Assembly (NCBI GenBank): GCA_039714595.1
Contig: JBDLJA010000005.1
Coordinates: 41,890 to 105,889 of the forward strand
DNA length: 64,000 bases
Direction of reading: 5' to 3'
From: Thermodesulfobacteriota bacterium
GTDB taxonomy: Bacteria > Desulfobacterota > Desulfobulbia > Desulfobulbales > SURF-16
The notes under the pieces are model-generated. The model was not told the DNA's origin and did not search any database. It saw only the letters and a list, made by a program, of their open reading frames with translations. The translations under genes and the position numbers were made by a program. Below, one piece after another: positions 54,210 to 63,569 of the stretch (position 1 is the first letter of the stretch; each line of letters starts with the position of its first letter).

Positions 54210-55241
54210 TCAATCACCCTCATCCCGGGCCACCACGGCCCGGATGAAGCTGGTGATATCCAGCTGACCGAAGCAGATGTCCAGGCAACGGCCGCAGCCC
54301 ACGCAGCTCGGCTTGCCGTGGCGGGCCACGTCATACTTTAATTTATGGAGGAAACGGCGCTTGAGCGCGTGTTCGCCGGCCACCGGGTTATGCCCCCCGG
54401 CCATGGCGGTGAAGCCTTGCAGGGTGCAGGCATCCCAGCAGCGCAGCCGCTCACCGCTCACCGCGTCTAATGGCTGGTCGCGGATGGTGAAACAGCTGCA
54501 GGTGGGGCAGACGTAGGCGCAGCCGCCGCAATCAGAGCAGCGCGCCGCCAGCTCCTGCCAGATATCATCATGCACCTCACCTTGGGCCAGCAGGCGGCAG
54601 GCGTGCTCCACCTCCACCTTGCGGCTGAATCTCCCCTGGGCCTCCAAGGCTAACTGATACTGTTGCTGGCGATCCCTCTCCCTGGCCGAAGTGAAGAAGG
54701 GAGCCCAGGTTTCAAGGATATCTTCACCCCTGCTCCGCCCCGCCTCCACCAGAAAGCGATCCCCGAGATCGGTAAACTGCAGGTCATAGCCATGGTCCAG
54801 AGAGGGCCCGCTGGCCGTGTTGTTGCAAAAGCAGTTGGCGAAGGGGCGGTTGCAGACCAGGGTGATAAGCAGCGCCCCCTGGCGCCGGGCAAAATAATTT
54901 TCATCGCGACCAGGGGTGCTGAAGGTGAGGTCCAGGTAGTTGATCCCCTGGAGATCACAGGAGCGGACGCCAAAGAAGATGGTGGGCCGGTGGTGGCTTT
55001 GGGGGGCAAAGCCATAGGCTGGCTGGCTGGTATAGGTGGCGATGGTCTCCTGCTGGGGCAGGAAAAACGGTTTCAGCGAGGCCTGGGGCTGATTATCCAG
55101 ATCCAGCCGGCAGTGATCGATATCCTTGATCTCACTGTAGAGGGTATCCCCCTGCGGGTTGCGCAGCGGCGCCACCAGGCGTCTGCCGTGGCTGAGGCGG
55201 CGCAGAAAAGGCAGGAGATTATCGCGACTCAAAATCAGCAT
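54210..55241 (-). CDS. 4Fe-4S cluster protein (AsrA / sulfhydrogenase beta-like)
   Basis: CSDCGGCAYVCPTCSC and CVGCGRCLDIC ferredoxin motifs. I moved the start to the ATG at 55241, which forms an ATGCTGA overlap with the fdhA stop. Confidence 0.78.
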   Translation of the reverse strand: MLILSRDNLLPFLRRLSHGRRLVAPLRNPQGDTLYSEIKDIDHCRLDLDNQPQASLKPFFLPQQETIATYTSQPAYGFAPQSHHRPTIFFGVRSCDLQGINYLDLTFSTPGRDENYFARRQGALLITLVCNRPFANCFCNNTASGPSLDHGYDLQFTDLGDRFLVEAGRSRGEDILETWAPFFTSARERDRQQQYQLALEAQGRFSRKVEVEHACRLLAQGEVHDDIWQELAARCSDCGGCAYVCPTCSCFTIRDQPLDAVSGERLRCWDACTLQGFTAMAGGHNPVAGEHALKRRFLHKLKYDVARHGKPSCVGCGRCLDICFGQLDITSFIRAVVARDEGD

Positions 55242-57307
55242 GGCAACTCCTCGTCTCTGGCCTGGTGGGGCGGCTCGGCCAGGGCCATTACCTTCACGGC
55301 GCACACCTTATACTCGGGGCATTTGGCAATGGGATCAAGGGCCGGATTGGTCAGCCTGTTCACCGGGGCCTCGTGGAAATGGAAGGTGGTGTACACCTGG
55401 CCGGGAGTCATGGCGGAACTAAGCTGGGCCTGGAGGCGGATGGCCCCGCGCCGGGAGGCAAGCTCCAGCCAGTCGCCCTCCGTCAGCCCTGCCGCCCTGG
55501 CGTCTGCCGGGTTAATCTCCAGCAGCGCCGCCCTACTCTCCCGCTCCAGGCTGGGGCAATTCCTGCTCATGGTGCCGGTGTGATACTGATGATAGATGCG
55601 GCCGGTGATAAGGGTTAAGGGGTACTCCCCGTCCACCCCCTCGTCCGGCTCTACATGACTGGTGGGCTGAAAAACGCCCTTACCGCCGGAAAAAAAATGC
55701 TTATGGAGAAAGGGGGTGCCGGGATGATCGCCGTGGGGACAGGGCCACTGCAAGCCCCAGGAGGAGCGGAGACGGTGATGATACATGCCGCCATAGATGG
55801 GGGTGAGCAGGGCGATCTCCTCCATGGTCTCGGCCGGACTGGCGCAGCCTAAGTCCAGCCCCATGGCGGCGGCCAGCTCCGAGATGATAGCAAGATCACT
55901 CTTGCAGCCGGGCAGAGGTTCAATCACCTGATGCATGTACTGGACCCGCCGCTCCGAGTTGGTGACGGTGCCGCATTTCTCGGCAAAGGAGGCGGCCGGC
56001 AGGACCAGATGGGCCGCCTTGGCCGTCTCGGTCATGAAGATATCAGAGACCACCAGGAGATCGAGGCCTTGCAAAGTCTCGGCCACCTTAGCCTGGTGCG
56101 GGTCGCTTAAGAGAGGGTTCTCCCCCATGATGAACATGGCGCGGATGGGGCCATTTGCCCCCCCATGGGTCATCTCCAGGAGGGAGCGGCCCGGGGCAGG
56201 GGGAATCTTGGTCCCCCAGCAGCGGGAAAACTTGGCCCGGACCATCTCGTCGCCTAAGGCTTGATAGCCGGGGAGATTGCCCGGCAGGGCCGCCATATCG
56301 CAGGCCCCCTGGACATTGTTCTGGCCGCGGAGGGGATCCACCCCGGTATGCTCCTTCTCCACGTTACCGGTGAGCATGGCCAGGTTGGCGATGGTCTTGA
56401 CGTTATCGGTGCCGCAGATGTGCTGGGTGATCCCTAAGCAGTAGCAGAAGGTGGACCTGTAAGCCCTGGCATAGAGGCAGGCGGCCCGCGAAAGATCCGC
56501 CAGCTCCACCCCGCAGGTGGCGCAGATCTCCTCCAGATCAAGGCGAAAGAGGTGATCGCGCAGACTAAGAAAATTCTCGGTGCGCTTGGCGATGAACTGC
56601 TCATCGGCCAGCCCCTCATCGAGGATCAGGCGCATCATGCCGTTTAAGAGGGGGATGTCGGTGCCGGGTCGCAGGGCCAGGTGGATATGGGCCCGCCGGG
56701 CCAGAGGCGTCCGGCGGGGATCGATGACAATGAGCTTGGCCCCGCGGTCCACCGCCGCCATGATCCGCCGGGCCACCTGGGGATGGGCCTCGGTGGTGTT
56801 GGAGCCGGAGACCATCACCACGTCCACCTGGGCCAATTCGTTAATGGAGTTGGTCATGGCGCCGCTGCCAAATGATGAGGCCAGACCGGCCACGGTGGGG
56901 GCGTGTCAGAGGCGGGCGCAATGGTCGATATTATTGGTCGAAAAGCCCACCCGGGCGAACTTCTGCAGGAGATAGTTCTCCTCGTTGCTGCACTTGGCCG
57001 AACTGAGAAACCCCACCCCCTCGCCGCCATGGGCCGCCTTGATCTCTTGCAGGCGGCGGGCCGCAAAGGACAGGGCCTCAGCCCAGCTCACCGGGACAAG
57101 CTCGCCCCCTTTACGCATAAGGGGCGTGGTGAGGCGATCGGGGTGATGGATGAACTCGTGGAGATGCCAGCCCTTACTGCACAGGTTACCTTTAGAGATG
57201 GGATGGTTGCGGGAAGGCGCGGAGCCAACCACCCTTGCCCCCTCACGCTGCAGGTAGACCCCGCAACCGCAGCCGCAATAGACACATATGGTGGGAATCT
57301 GTTCCAT
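55235..57307 (-). CDS. fdhA: Selenocysteine-containing formate dehydrogenase catalytic subunit (molybdopterin oxidoreductase, FdhA/FdhF-like), cytoplasmic
   Basis: Two track ORFs (56906-57352 and 55235-56893) are contiguous in one frame, separated only by a TGA at 56906-56908. Read-through gives ...[34 protein letters not shown], the conserved Sec/Cys active-site context of formate dehydrogenases. There is an N-terminal 4Fe-4S motif CVYCGCGCG and no Tat signal. Start ATG at 57307 with GGAGG 8 nt upstream. Confidence 0.85.
56877..56905 (-). promoter_or_regulatory. Candidate bacterial SECIS hairpin
   Basis: Twelve nt after the UGA the mRNA reads GUGGCC-GGUCU-GGCCUC, a GGCC/GGCC stem with apical loop GGUCU. 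This is the same loop sequence context (GCA GGU CUG) as in E. coli fdhF. Confidence 0.4.
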
Positions 57308-57418
57308 GCCCCGAGCCTCCCCCTGCTTGATCTTTTCTTTTCCTGCACCCACAACCAGTGTGGGGGATTAACAAAAAAAAAGGCAAGGGAAATATGACCT
57401 TAGGCCATGGAAGGCGGG

Positions 57419-58105
57419 TTATGGGTCAGAGTGCCAGAGACCTTGGTGGCTGGGGCGGGCCAGGCTCTTCTCCAGGAGATCCTGAAAAAGGGCCCCGCTC
57501 ACCTCCCGGGCCCCCAAGCGCTGCAGGTGGGGGGTGTGCATCTGGCAGTCGATGAGGTCAAAGTCCCAGGCAAGGCAGCGCTCCACCAGGGCGGCCATGG
57601 CCACCTTGGAGCTGTCAGACTTGCGGCTGAACATCGACTCGCCAAAGAAACTGCCCCCCAGAGAGACGCCATAAAGCCCCCCCGCAAGCTCACTGCCCTG
57701 CCAGCACTCCACCGAATGGGCCCAGCCCGCCGCATGGAGGGCCAGGTACGCCTCCTGCATCTCGGCCACGATCCAGGTGCCGGCATCGCCCTCGGCCCGG
57801 GGGGCGGCGCAACCAGCTATAACGCCGGCAAAGTCCTGGTCAAAGGTGACGGTAAAGCGGCAGGAGCGGATGGTGCGGGCCAGGCGGCGGGAGCAGTGAA
57901 ACTCGGCCGGGAAGAGGAGAAGGCGTGGGTCCGGGGCCCACCAGAGGATGGGGTCCCCGGCCGAATACCAGGGAAAGATGCCCTTGGAATAGGCCAAGAG
58001 CAGGCGGTCCATCCGCAAATCACCACCCACGGCCAGCAGCCCATCCTCCCGGGCCAGATAGGGGGGCGGGAAGAGCAGCTCGTCATCAAGCTTAAAGATC
58101 ATCAA
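57419..58105 (-). CDS. aat: Leucyl/phenylalanyl-tRNA--protein transferase
   Basis: 228-aa ORF with ...LLAVGGDL...LLLAYSKGIFPWY...ILWWAPDPR...; 4-nt overlap with the upstream methyltransferase gene. Confidence 0.9.
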   Translation of the reverse strand: MMIFKLDDELLFPPPYLAREDGLLAVGGDLRMDRLLLAYSKGIFPWYSAGDPILWWAPDPRLLLFPAEFHCSRRLARTIRSCRFTVTFDQDFAGVIAGCAAPRAEGDAGTWIVAEMQEAYLALHAAGWAHSVECWQGSELAGGLYGVSLGGSFFGESMFSRKSDSSKVAMAALVERCLAWDFDLIDCQMHTPHLQRLGAREVSGALFQDLLEKSLARPSHQGLWHSDP

Positions 58106-58752
58106 GCAACCTTCTTAACAACAATGAGGGCCAGACCGCACTCCTCAACCAAACCCTGGCGGGAATCTTCCAGCTCCGCCACCTGGTCCGGGGCTTGGAA
58201 GAGGGTGGAACGCATCTCCCGGGCCTCAAAGCCCTGGGCCACCAGGAGGCGGACCAGCTGGCCCATCTCGAAAAAATTTGCCCCTTTATAGAACGGGTGG
58301 CCAGCCTCTTTTTTGGCCTGCAAATGGAGGCCCCAGGGGCCATCGGCCGGGATCACCCCCAGAACCAGGTGGCCGCCAGGCCGCAGAACCCGATGGGCCT
58401 CGGCGATGACCTTCCGCGGCTCCTGGGTAAAGCAGAGGGTGAAGAGGAGATAGATGGAGGAAAAACTGTTGTCGGCTAAAGGCAACTCCTCCCCCACCCC
58501 CTGGCACACATGGGGGATGCGCCCCGCCGCCAGACGCAGGGGACCATGGGCCGGATCAAGGCCCAGCTCCACATCAAGCTCCCGGGCAAAGCGGCCAGGC
58601 CCCACGCCGATCTCCAGGCGCGGCGCGGCCAGAGGGGTGCGCAGCTCCTTTATGGCGGCAAGCTCGATGGCAAAGAGGAGACTGTCATCATACCAGCTAT
58701 CATATTCAGCGGCCCGTTCGTCAAAGACGGCCGCGCTTTTCTGCCAGGACAT
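58102..58752 (-). CDS. Class I SAM-dependent methyltransferase
   Basis: SAM motif I LEIGVGPGRF and ...LRPGGHLVLGV. I moved the start to the ATG at 58752 (MSWQKSAAVFDE...). Confidence 0.8.
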   Translation of the reverse strand: MSWQKSAAVFDERAAEYDSWYDDSLLFAIELAAIKELRTPLAAPRLEIGVGPGRFARELDVELGLDPAHGPLRLAAGRIPHVCQGVGEELPLADNSFSSIYLLFTLCFTQEPRKVIAEAHRVLRPGGHLVLGVIPADGPWGLHLQAKKEAGHPFYKGANFFEMGQLVRLLVAQGFEAREMRSTLFQAPDQVAELEDSRQGLVEECGLALIVVKKVA

Positions 58753-59024
58753 TTTTTTACTTATTTTATTTTTATGCCAAAGTGTTACTGCGTTGGTCAG
58801 GGAGGTGCCAACCCATGATAGCCCTTGGGACGGCCACGGCAACTTTTTTTGCTAACTACTGCAAATTATTTGCCTTTGCCCGCCAAGGATGTAAGCTAAA
58901 TGGAGATTTCTTTTACTGCCACCGCGCCCCACCGCTGAACCAGGCAGACCAGTAGTGGGCTGCCCATTACCCCCTGAGCCAGGCCGGAAGCTGGCAAAGC
59001 GCCCCCCCTTAGCAAAGACAAGTA

Positions 59025-60542
59025 ATGCCAAATTTCCGCGCCTCCCTCACCGACCCTGACGAATTCACCCTCACCTTTGAGCTGGTGCCGGGCCGGGGCA
59101 GCCGTTCGGCCCGCCATGACAGGATCAAAGGGTTGGTGACCGACCTGGCCCGGGACGGACGCATCTGCGCCCTCTCCGTCACCGACAATGCCGGCGGCCA
59201 TGCCATGCTGGCCCCGGAGGTGGTGGGCCAGGAGATAATGGCGGCCGGCCTGGATGTGATCAGCCACTTCTCCTGCAAGGACAAGAACCGCAACAAGATG
59301 GAGAGCCTGCTCCTGGGGTTGAACCGGACGGGCTTAAGCAACCTGCTGGTCATCTCCGGCGACTATCCGGGAAAGGGCTATTGCGGCGGGCCCAAGCCGG
59401 TCTTTGACCTGGATTCGGTCCAGGCCTTGGCCATGATCAAACAGCTCAACCAGGGCCGGGGCGGCCCAGAGGAAGGTACCGACTTCTTTATGGGAGTGGC
59501 CGTCTCCCCCTTCAAAACCCTTGAGGCGGAGCAGCGCTTACAGTACCGCAAGCTCTCGGCCAAGGCCGGGGCCGGAGCCCACTACGGTATCACCCAGCTC
59601 GGTTTTGACGCCCGCAAATACCAGGAGGCCCTGCTCTATGTGGAAACGCGGGGGCTTAACCTGCCCCTCCTGGCCAACGTCTTCATCCCCAACCTCACCG
59701 TGGCCCGGCTCATGCGGGCCGGCCAGATCCCCGGCTGCCTCATGCCGGAGTCACTATGGCAGCTCATGGTCAAAGAGGCCCAAGGGGCGGACCAGGGCCG
59801 CCAGGCCCGGCTCCTCAGGGGGGCACGGCAACTGGCAATCCTCCAGGGCTTGGGCTACAGCGGGGCCCATATCGGCGGCCCAGGGCTTGCCATGACCGAC
59901 CTGGATTTCCTCCTGACCAAGGCGGCCCAGCTGCGCCCCAACTGGCAGGAGCAGCTGGACCACCTTAACCACTGGCCCGCCAACACCTTTTACTTCTTTG
60001 GTCAAGAAGGGGAGCTGAACAGCCATGAGGAGAAGGCCAAAGGGACAGAAAAGAAATTCAGCCCAGTCTACCGGGCCAACAGCTGCTTCCATGAGCTGTT
60101 CTTCAGCCCCAGGGGTCCCCTCTACAACCTAAGCCGCCAGACCTGCTCCTTCCTGGAAAAAAGCGGCCTGAGTAAACCATTTGGAGCCCTGGAACATCTG
60201 GGCAAATTCCTCCTCTTTGCTTGCCGGAACTGCGGGGACTGCACCCTGAGCCACTTCGCCTACCACTGCCCCCAGTCAGGCTGCGCCAAATATCTCCTCA
60301 ACGGCCCCTGCGGCGGCAGCCAGAACGGCTGGTGCGAGGTGCACCCCGGCAAGAAAAAATGCCACTATGTCAAGGCGTACAACCGGCTGCAGGGGGTGGG
60401 GCGCGAGGAGAGTCTCGGCCGGGAATTTGTCCCCCCCCGCAACTGGCAGTTGAACAACAGCTCTTCCTGGCTCAACTACTTTGCTGGCCGCGACAACAGC
60501 CAGAGCCGCCCCTGCCAGGGGAGCGCCCCCCCCAAAGGCTAA
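59025..60542 (+). CDS. metF: Methylenetetrahydrofolate reductase fused to a C-terminal Cys-rich MetV-like (MTHFR_C) domain
   Basis: 505-aa ORF. N-terminal TIM-barrel MTHFR-like region (FELVPGRG..., SVTDNAGG..., VISGDYP). C-terminal CRNCGDCTL...YHCPQSGCAKYLLNGPCGGSQNGWCEV. Confidence 0.82.
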   Translation: MPNFRASLTDPDEFTLTFELVPGRGSRSARHDRIKGLVTDLARDGRICALSVTDNAGGHAMLAPEVVGQEIMAAGLDVISHFSCKDKNRNKMESLLLGLNRTGLSNLLVISGDYPGKGYCGGPKPVFDLDSVQALAMIKQLNQGRGGPEEGTDFFMGVAVSPFKTLEAEQRLQYRKLSAKAGAGAHYGITQLGFDARKYQEALLYVETRGLNLPLLANVFIPNLTVARLMRAGQIPGCLMPESLWQLMVKEAQGADQGRQARLLRGARQLAILQGLGYSGAHIGGPGLAMTDLDFLLTKAAQLRPNWQEQLDHLNHWPANTFYFFGQEGELNSHEEKAKGTEKKFSPVYRANSCFHELFFSPRGPLYNLSRQTCSFLEKSGLSKPFGALEHLGKFLLFACRNCGDCTLSHFAYHCPQSGCAKYLLNGPCGGSQNGWCEVHPGKKKCHYVKAYNRLQGVGREESLGREFVPPRNWQLNNSSSWLNYFAGRDNSQSRPCQGSAPPKG

Positions 60543-60570
60543 AAAAAGGCATGCGCACCTTTAATTTTTG

Positions 60571-60636
60571 CCCCGGAATCCACCGAAGACACGGAACTTG
60601 AGTGAAAACATTCCGTGCTTTTGGTGGATTCCGGGG
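60571..60636. repeat. 66-nt imperfect hairpin downstream of metF
   Basis: ccccggaatccacc-gaagac-acggaa, a 14-nt loop, then ttccgt-gctttt-ggtggattccgggg (14-bp and 6-bp stems around an internal loop). No T-run follows. Confidence 0.7.
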
Positions 60637-60865
60637 CCAATGGGGCGCATCCCCTTGACTGAATTTCATTGCTAATCACATAACAAATTCCCCGCCACGT
60701 AGCCGCCAACAATCCTGAACCCAGGCCCCATATCCAGTCCCGGACGGCAATTTCCATGAACCATTAAAAAGAAATTGCAGGCTAAAGGTAAAAAAGGTAA
60801 TTTAACCTCTTTTTTTCCGCTAAAGGGAAACTTACCCTGCAAAAAACAACCAAGGACCTAAGACC

Positions 60866-62284
60866 ATGGGCCTGAACCATCGCCCCAAGGAAGAGTGTGG
60901 CATCTGCGGCATCTTTGGCCACCCCGACTCCGCCAAACTAGCCTACTTCGGCCTCTACGCCCTCCAGCATCGGGGCCAGGAGAGCGCCGGCATTACCAGC
61001 TCCAACGGGGAACAGATCTTTGAACACAAGGCCATGGGGTTGGTGTCCGAGGTCTTTAAAGAGGACGATTTTGACGCCCTCGAAGGCGACATGGCCGTGG
61101 GCCATGTGCGCTACTCCACCACCGGCGCCTCCAACCTGGTCAACGCCCAGCCCTTCACCGCCACCCACCAGGGCGAGACCTTCGCCCTGGCCCACAACGG
61201 CAACCTGGTGAACATCCGCCACCTGCGGGCCGAACTGGAGGCTAAAGGCTCCATCTTCCAGTCCACCATGGACAGCGAGGTGGTGGTCCATCTCCTGGCC
61301 CGGGCCTATCGTTATAAGGAAAATAACCTGCGCGAGGCGATCACCTCCACGGCCAAGCAGATCCAGGGCGCCTACTCCATCCTGATGATGACCAGGGACC
61401 GACTGGTGGCCATGCGCGACCCCCAGGGTTTCAGGCCCCTGTGCCTGGGCCGGCTGACCAATGGCGACGGTTATGTCCTCGCCTCTGAGACCTGCGCCCT
61501 GGACCTGATCGAGGCGGAGTATATCCGCGACGTGGAGCCGGGCGAGGCCCTGATCATCAGCAAAGACGGTCTTGAATCATTTTTCCCCCAGGGCAAGCAG
61601 AAGAGCAGCTTCTGCATCTTCGAGCACGTCTACTTCGCCCGGCCCGACAGCGACATCTTCGGCTTCAACGTCTACAACTACCGGAAACGGACCGGCGAGA
61701 TCCTGGCCCGGGAGTGTAAGATCGACGCCGATTTCGTCATGCCCTTTCCCGACTCGGGCAACTACGCGGCCATCGGTTACTCCCAGGCCTCCGGCATCCC
61801 GCTGGAGTTCGGCGTCATCCGCAACCACTATGTGGGCCGCACCTTTATCCAACCGTCCCAGTCCATGCGCGACTTCTCGGTCCGGGTGAAGCTCAACCCG
61901 GTGCGCTCCTTCCTGGAGAATAAACGGGTGATCATCATCGAGGACTCCATTATCAGGGGCACCACCGGCCGCAGCCGGGTCCAGGCCCTGCGCAAGGCGG
62001 GAGTCAAGGAGATCCACATGCTGATCTCCTGCCCCCCCACCGTCAACCCCTGCTACTACGGGGTGGACTTCCCTGACCGGGACCAGCTCATCGCCGCCCA
62101 GAAGTCCATTGCCGAGATCTGCGACCACATGGGCCTCGACACCCTCCACTACCTGAGCGAGGAAGGTCTGGTGGAGGCCACCAACATGACGGCGGACAAG
62201 TTCTGCCTGGCCTGTTTCAACGGTAAATACCCGGTGGAGCCGGACGAAGGCTTCCACAAGCACACCCTGGGCTGCGGTTGCTGA
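60866..62284 (+). CDS. purF: Amidophosphoribosyltransferase
   Basis: 472-aa ORF. N-terminal nucleophile ...ECGICGIFG, a PRTase motif VIIIEDSIIRGTT and C-terminal Cys residues for the 4Fe-4S cluster. Confidence 0.94.
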   Translation: MGLNHRPKEECGICGIFGHPDSAKLAYFGLYALQHRGQESAGITSSNGEQIFEHKAMGLVSEVFKEDDFDALEGDMAVGHVRYSTTGASNLVNAQPFTATHQGETFALAHNGNLVNIRHLRAELEAKGSIFQSTMDSEVVVHLLARAYRYKENNLREAITSTAKQIQGAYSILMMTRDRLVAMRDPQGFRPLCLGRLTNGDGYVLASETCALDLIEAEYIRDVEPGEALIISKDGLESFFPQGKQKSSFCIFEHVYFARPDSDIFGFNVYNYRKRTGEILARECKIDADFVMPFPDSGNYAAIGYSQASGIPLEFGVIRNHYVGRTFIQPSQSMRDFSVRVKLNPVRSFLENKRVIIIEDSIIRGTTGRSRVQALRKAGVKEIHMLISCPPTVNPCYYGVDFPDRDQLIAAQKSIAEICDHMGLDTLHYLSEEGLVEATNMTADKFCLACFNGKYPVEPDEGFHKHTLGCGC

Positions 62285-62340
62285 AAAAGATCAGGCCGCC
62301 CCGTTGTTTCGTGCTTATTGTCTTTTCATCCGCCCCTCGC

Positions 62341-62377
62341 CATTCAGCATTTAATATTCGATATTCGACACTCTCTT
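62341..62377. repeat. Degenerate ATTCGAN heptamer segment (related to 54175-54208)
   Basis: attcgatattcgacactctcttt (62355-62377) compares with attcgatattcgaaattctcttt (54186-54208), same orientation, 21/23 identical. Preceded by degenerate units cattcag/catttaat. Confidence 0.5.
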
Positions 62378-62392
62378 TCTAAAATAACCACC

Positions 62393-63364
62393 ATGTCCTC
62401 ACTCCCCCGCGCCAAGGAAGTCCTCCAGATCGAGGCCGATGGCATCCAGGCCGTCATTGAACAGCTGGGCCCCGACTTTGACCGGGCCATCGAGCTGATC
62501 CTGGCCTGCCCCAGCCGCCTTATCATCACCGGTATCGGCAAGTCTGGCATCATCGGCCAGAAGATCGCCGCCACCCTCAACTCCACCGGCACCCCGGCCA
62601 TCTTCCTCCACCCGGTGGAGGCGATGCATGGCGACCTCGGCATTGTTGACCCCAGCGACGTGATTCTGGCCCTCTCCTACAGCGGCGAGACCGCGGAGCT
62701 CAACCTGCTCATGCCCACCCTGAAGAACCGGGGGGTGAAGACCATCGCCCTCACCGGCAAGGGTGACTCCAGCCTGGCCGGTTTCGCCGACGCGGTGCTC
62801 ACCGCCGCCGTGCCCCAGGAGGCGTGCCCCCACGGCCTGGCCCCCACCGCCTCCACCACCGCCGCCCTGGCCTTAGGCGACGCCCTGGCCGTGGTTCTCA
62901 TGGAGCGCAAAGATTTTATGGCCAGCGACTTCCGCCTCAACCACCCGGGCGGCAGCCTGGGCGAGCGGCTGAAGACCCGGGTGAGCGAGGTGATGCTCCC
63001 CCTGGAGCAGGCCCCCCGAGTAACAAGCAGCACTTCCTTACTTACCGCCATCAAGGTCTTAAACGAGAAAAACCTGGGCACGGTGATGGTGGCCAGCAAC
63101 GACCAGCTGGAAGGGATTATCACCGACGGCGACATCCGCCGTCTCATCAGCGAACAGGCCGACTTTGCCAGCCTGGCCGTCACCGACGTCATGACCCGCG
63201 GCGCCAAGACCATTGCCAGCGAACAGCTGGCCGCCGACGCGCTCTCCATCATGCAGCGCCACGAATTCACCGTCCTGCCGGTGGTGAATGAGAGCGGGGC
63301 GCTGCTCGGTTTGCTCCATCTCCACGACCTCCTTGGCAAGGGCGAATTCCGCATGCTGGTCTAG
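62393..63364 (+). CDS. kdsD: Arabinose-5-phosphate isomerase (KpsF/GutQ/KdsD; SIS + 2 CBS)
   Basis: SIS motif ITGIGKSGIIGQKIAATLNSTGTPA...HGDLG and a C-terminal CBS pair. I prefer the ATG at 62393 to the track start at 62318, which reads through the repeat. Confidence 0.9.
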   Translation: MSSLPRAKEVLQIEADGIQAVIEQLGPDFDRAIELILACPSRLIITGIGKSGIIGQKIAATLNSTGTPAIFLHPVEAMHGDLGIVDPSDVILALSYSGETAELNLLMPTLKNRGVKTIALTGKGDSSLAGFADAVLTAAVPQEACPHGLAPTASTTAALALGDALAVVLMERKDFMASDFRLNHPGGSLGERLKTRVSEVMLPLEQAPRVTSSTSLLTAIKVLNEKNLGTVMVASNDQLEGIITDGDIRRLISEQADFASLAVTDVMTRGAKTIASEQLAADALSIMQRHEFTVLPVVNESGALLGLLHLHDLLGKGEFRMLV

Positions 63365-63569
63365 CCAGCCCCAACCCGGTACAAGTACCTAGATTCAGGA
63401 CAAAATAGTCACCAGCACCCCTGGCAATCCTGTTGACAAAGGTATCACTTTTGGTTAGCTTTGGTGCCGGTCTAAATGGGGATCAGCCCTGCTGCCCCCC
63501 TGAAACCAGCCGATAATATTCTGCCCCTGGCCATGGGGGCTTTTGACTGACACCTGAAAAGAGGAAGTT

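Noticed and set aside
56893-56908. Apparent split or pseudogenisation of the molybdopterin oxidoreductase into 148-aa and 552-aa ORFs.
   Set aside because: The single interrupting codon is a TGA at exactly the conserved Sec/Cys position of formate dehydrogenases, and it is followed by a SECIS-like hairpin. I read it as selenocysteine and not as a pseudogene.
63422-63438. Sigma54-like element TGGCAA-N5-TTGA upstream of the HdrC-like gene.
   Set aside because: The -12 element reads TTGA and not TTGC, so the conserved GC is missing. The same bases form a plausible sigma70 -35 (TTGACA). The two cannot be distinguished, and neither is strong enough to call.
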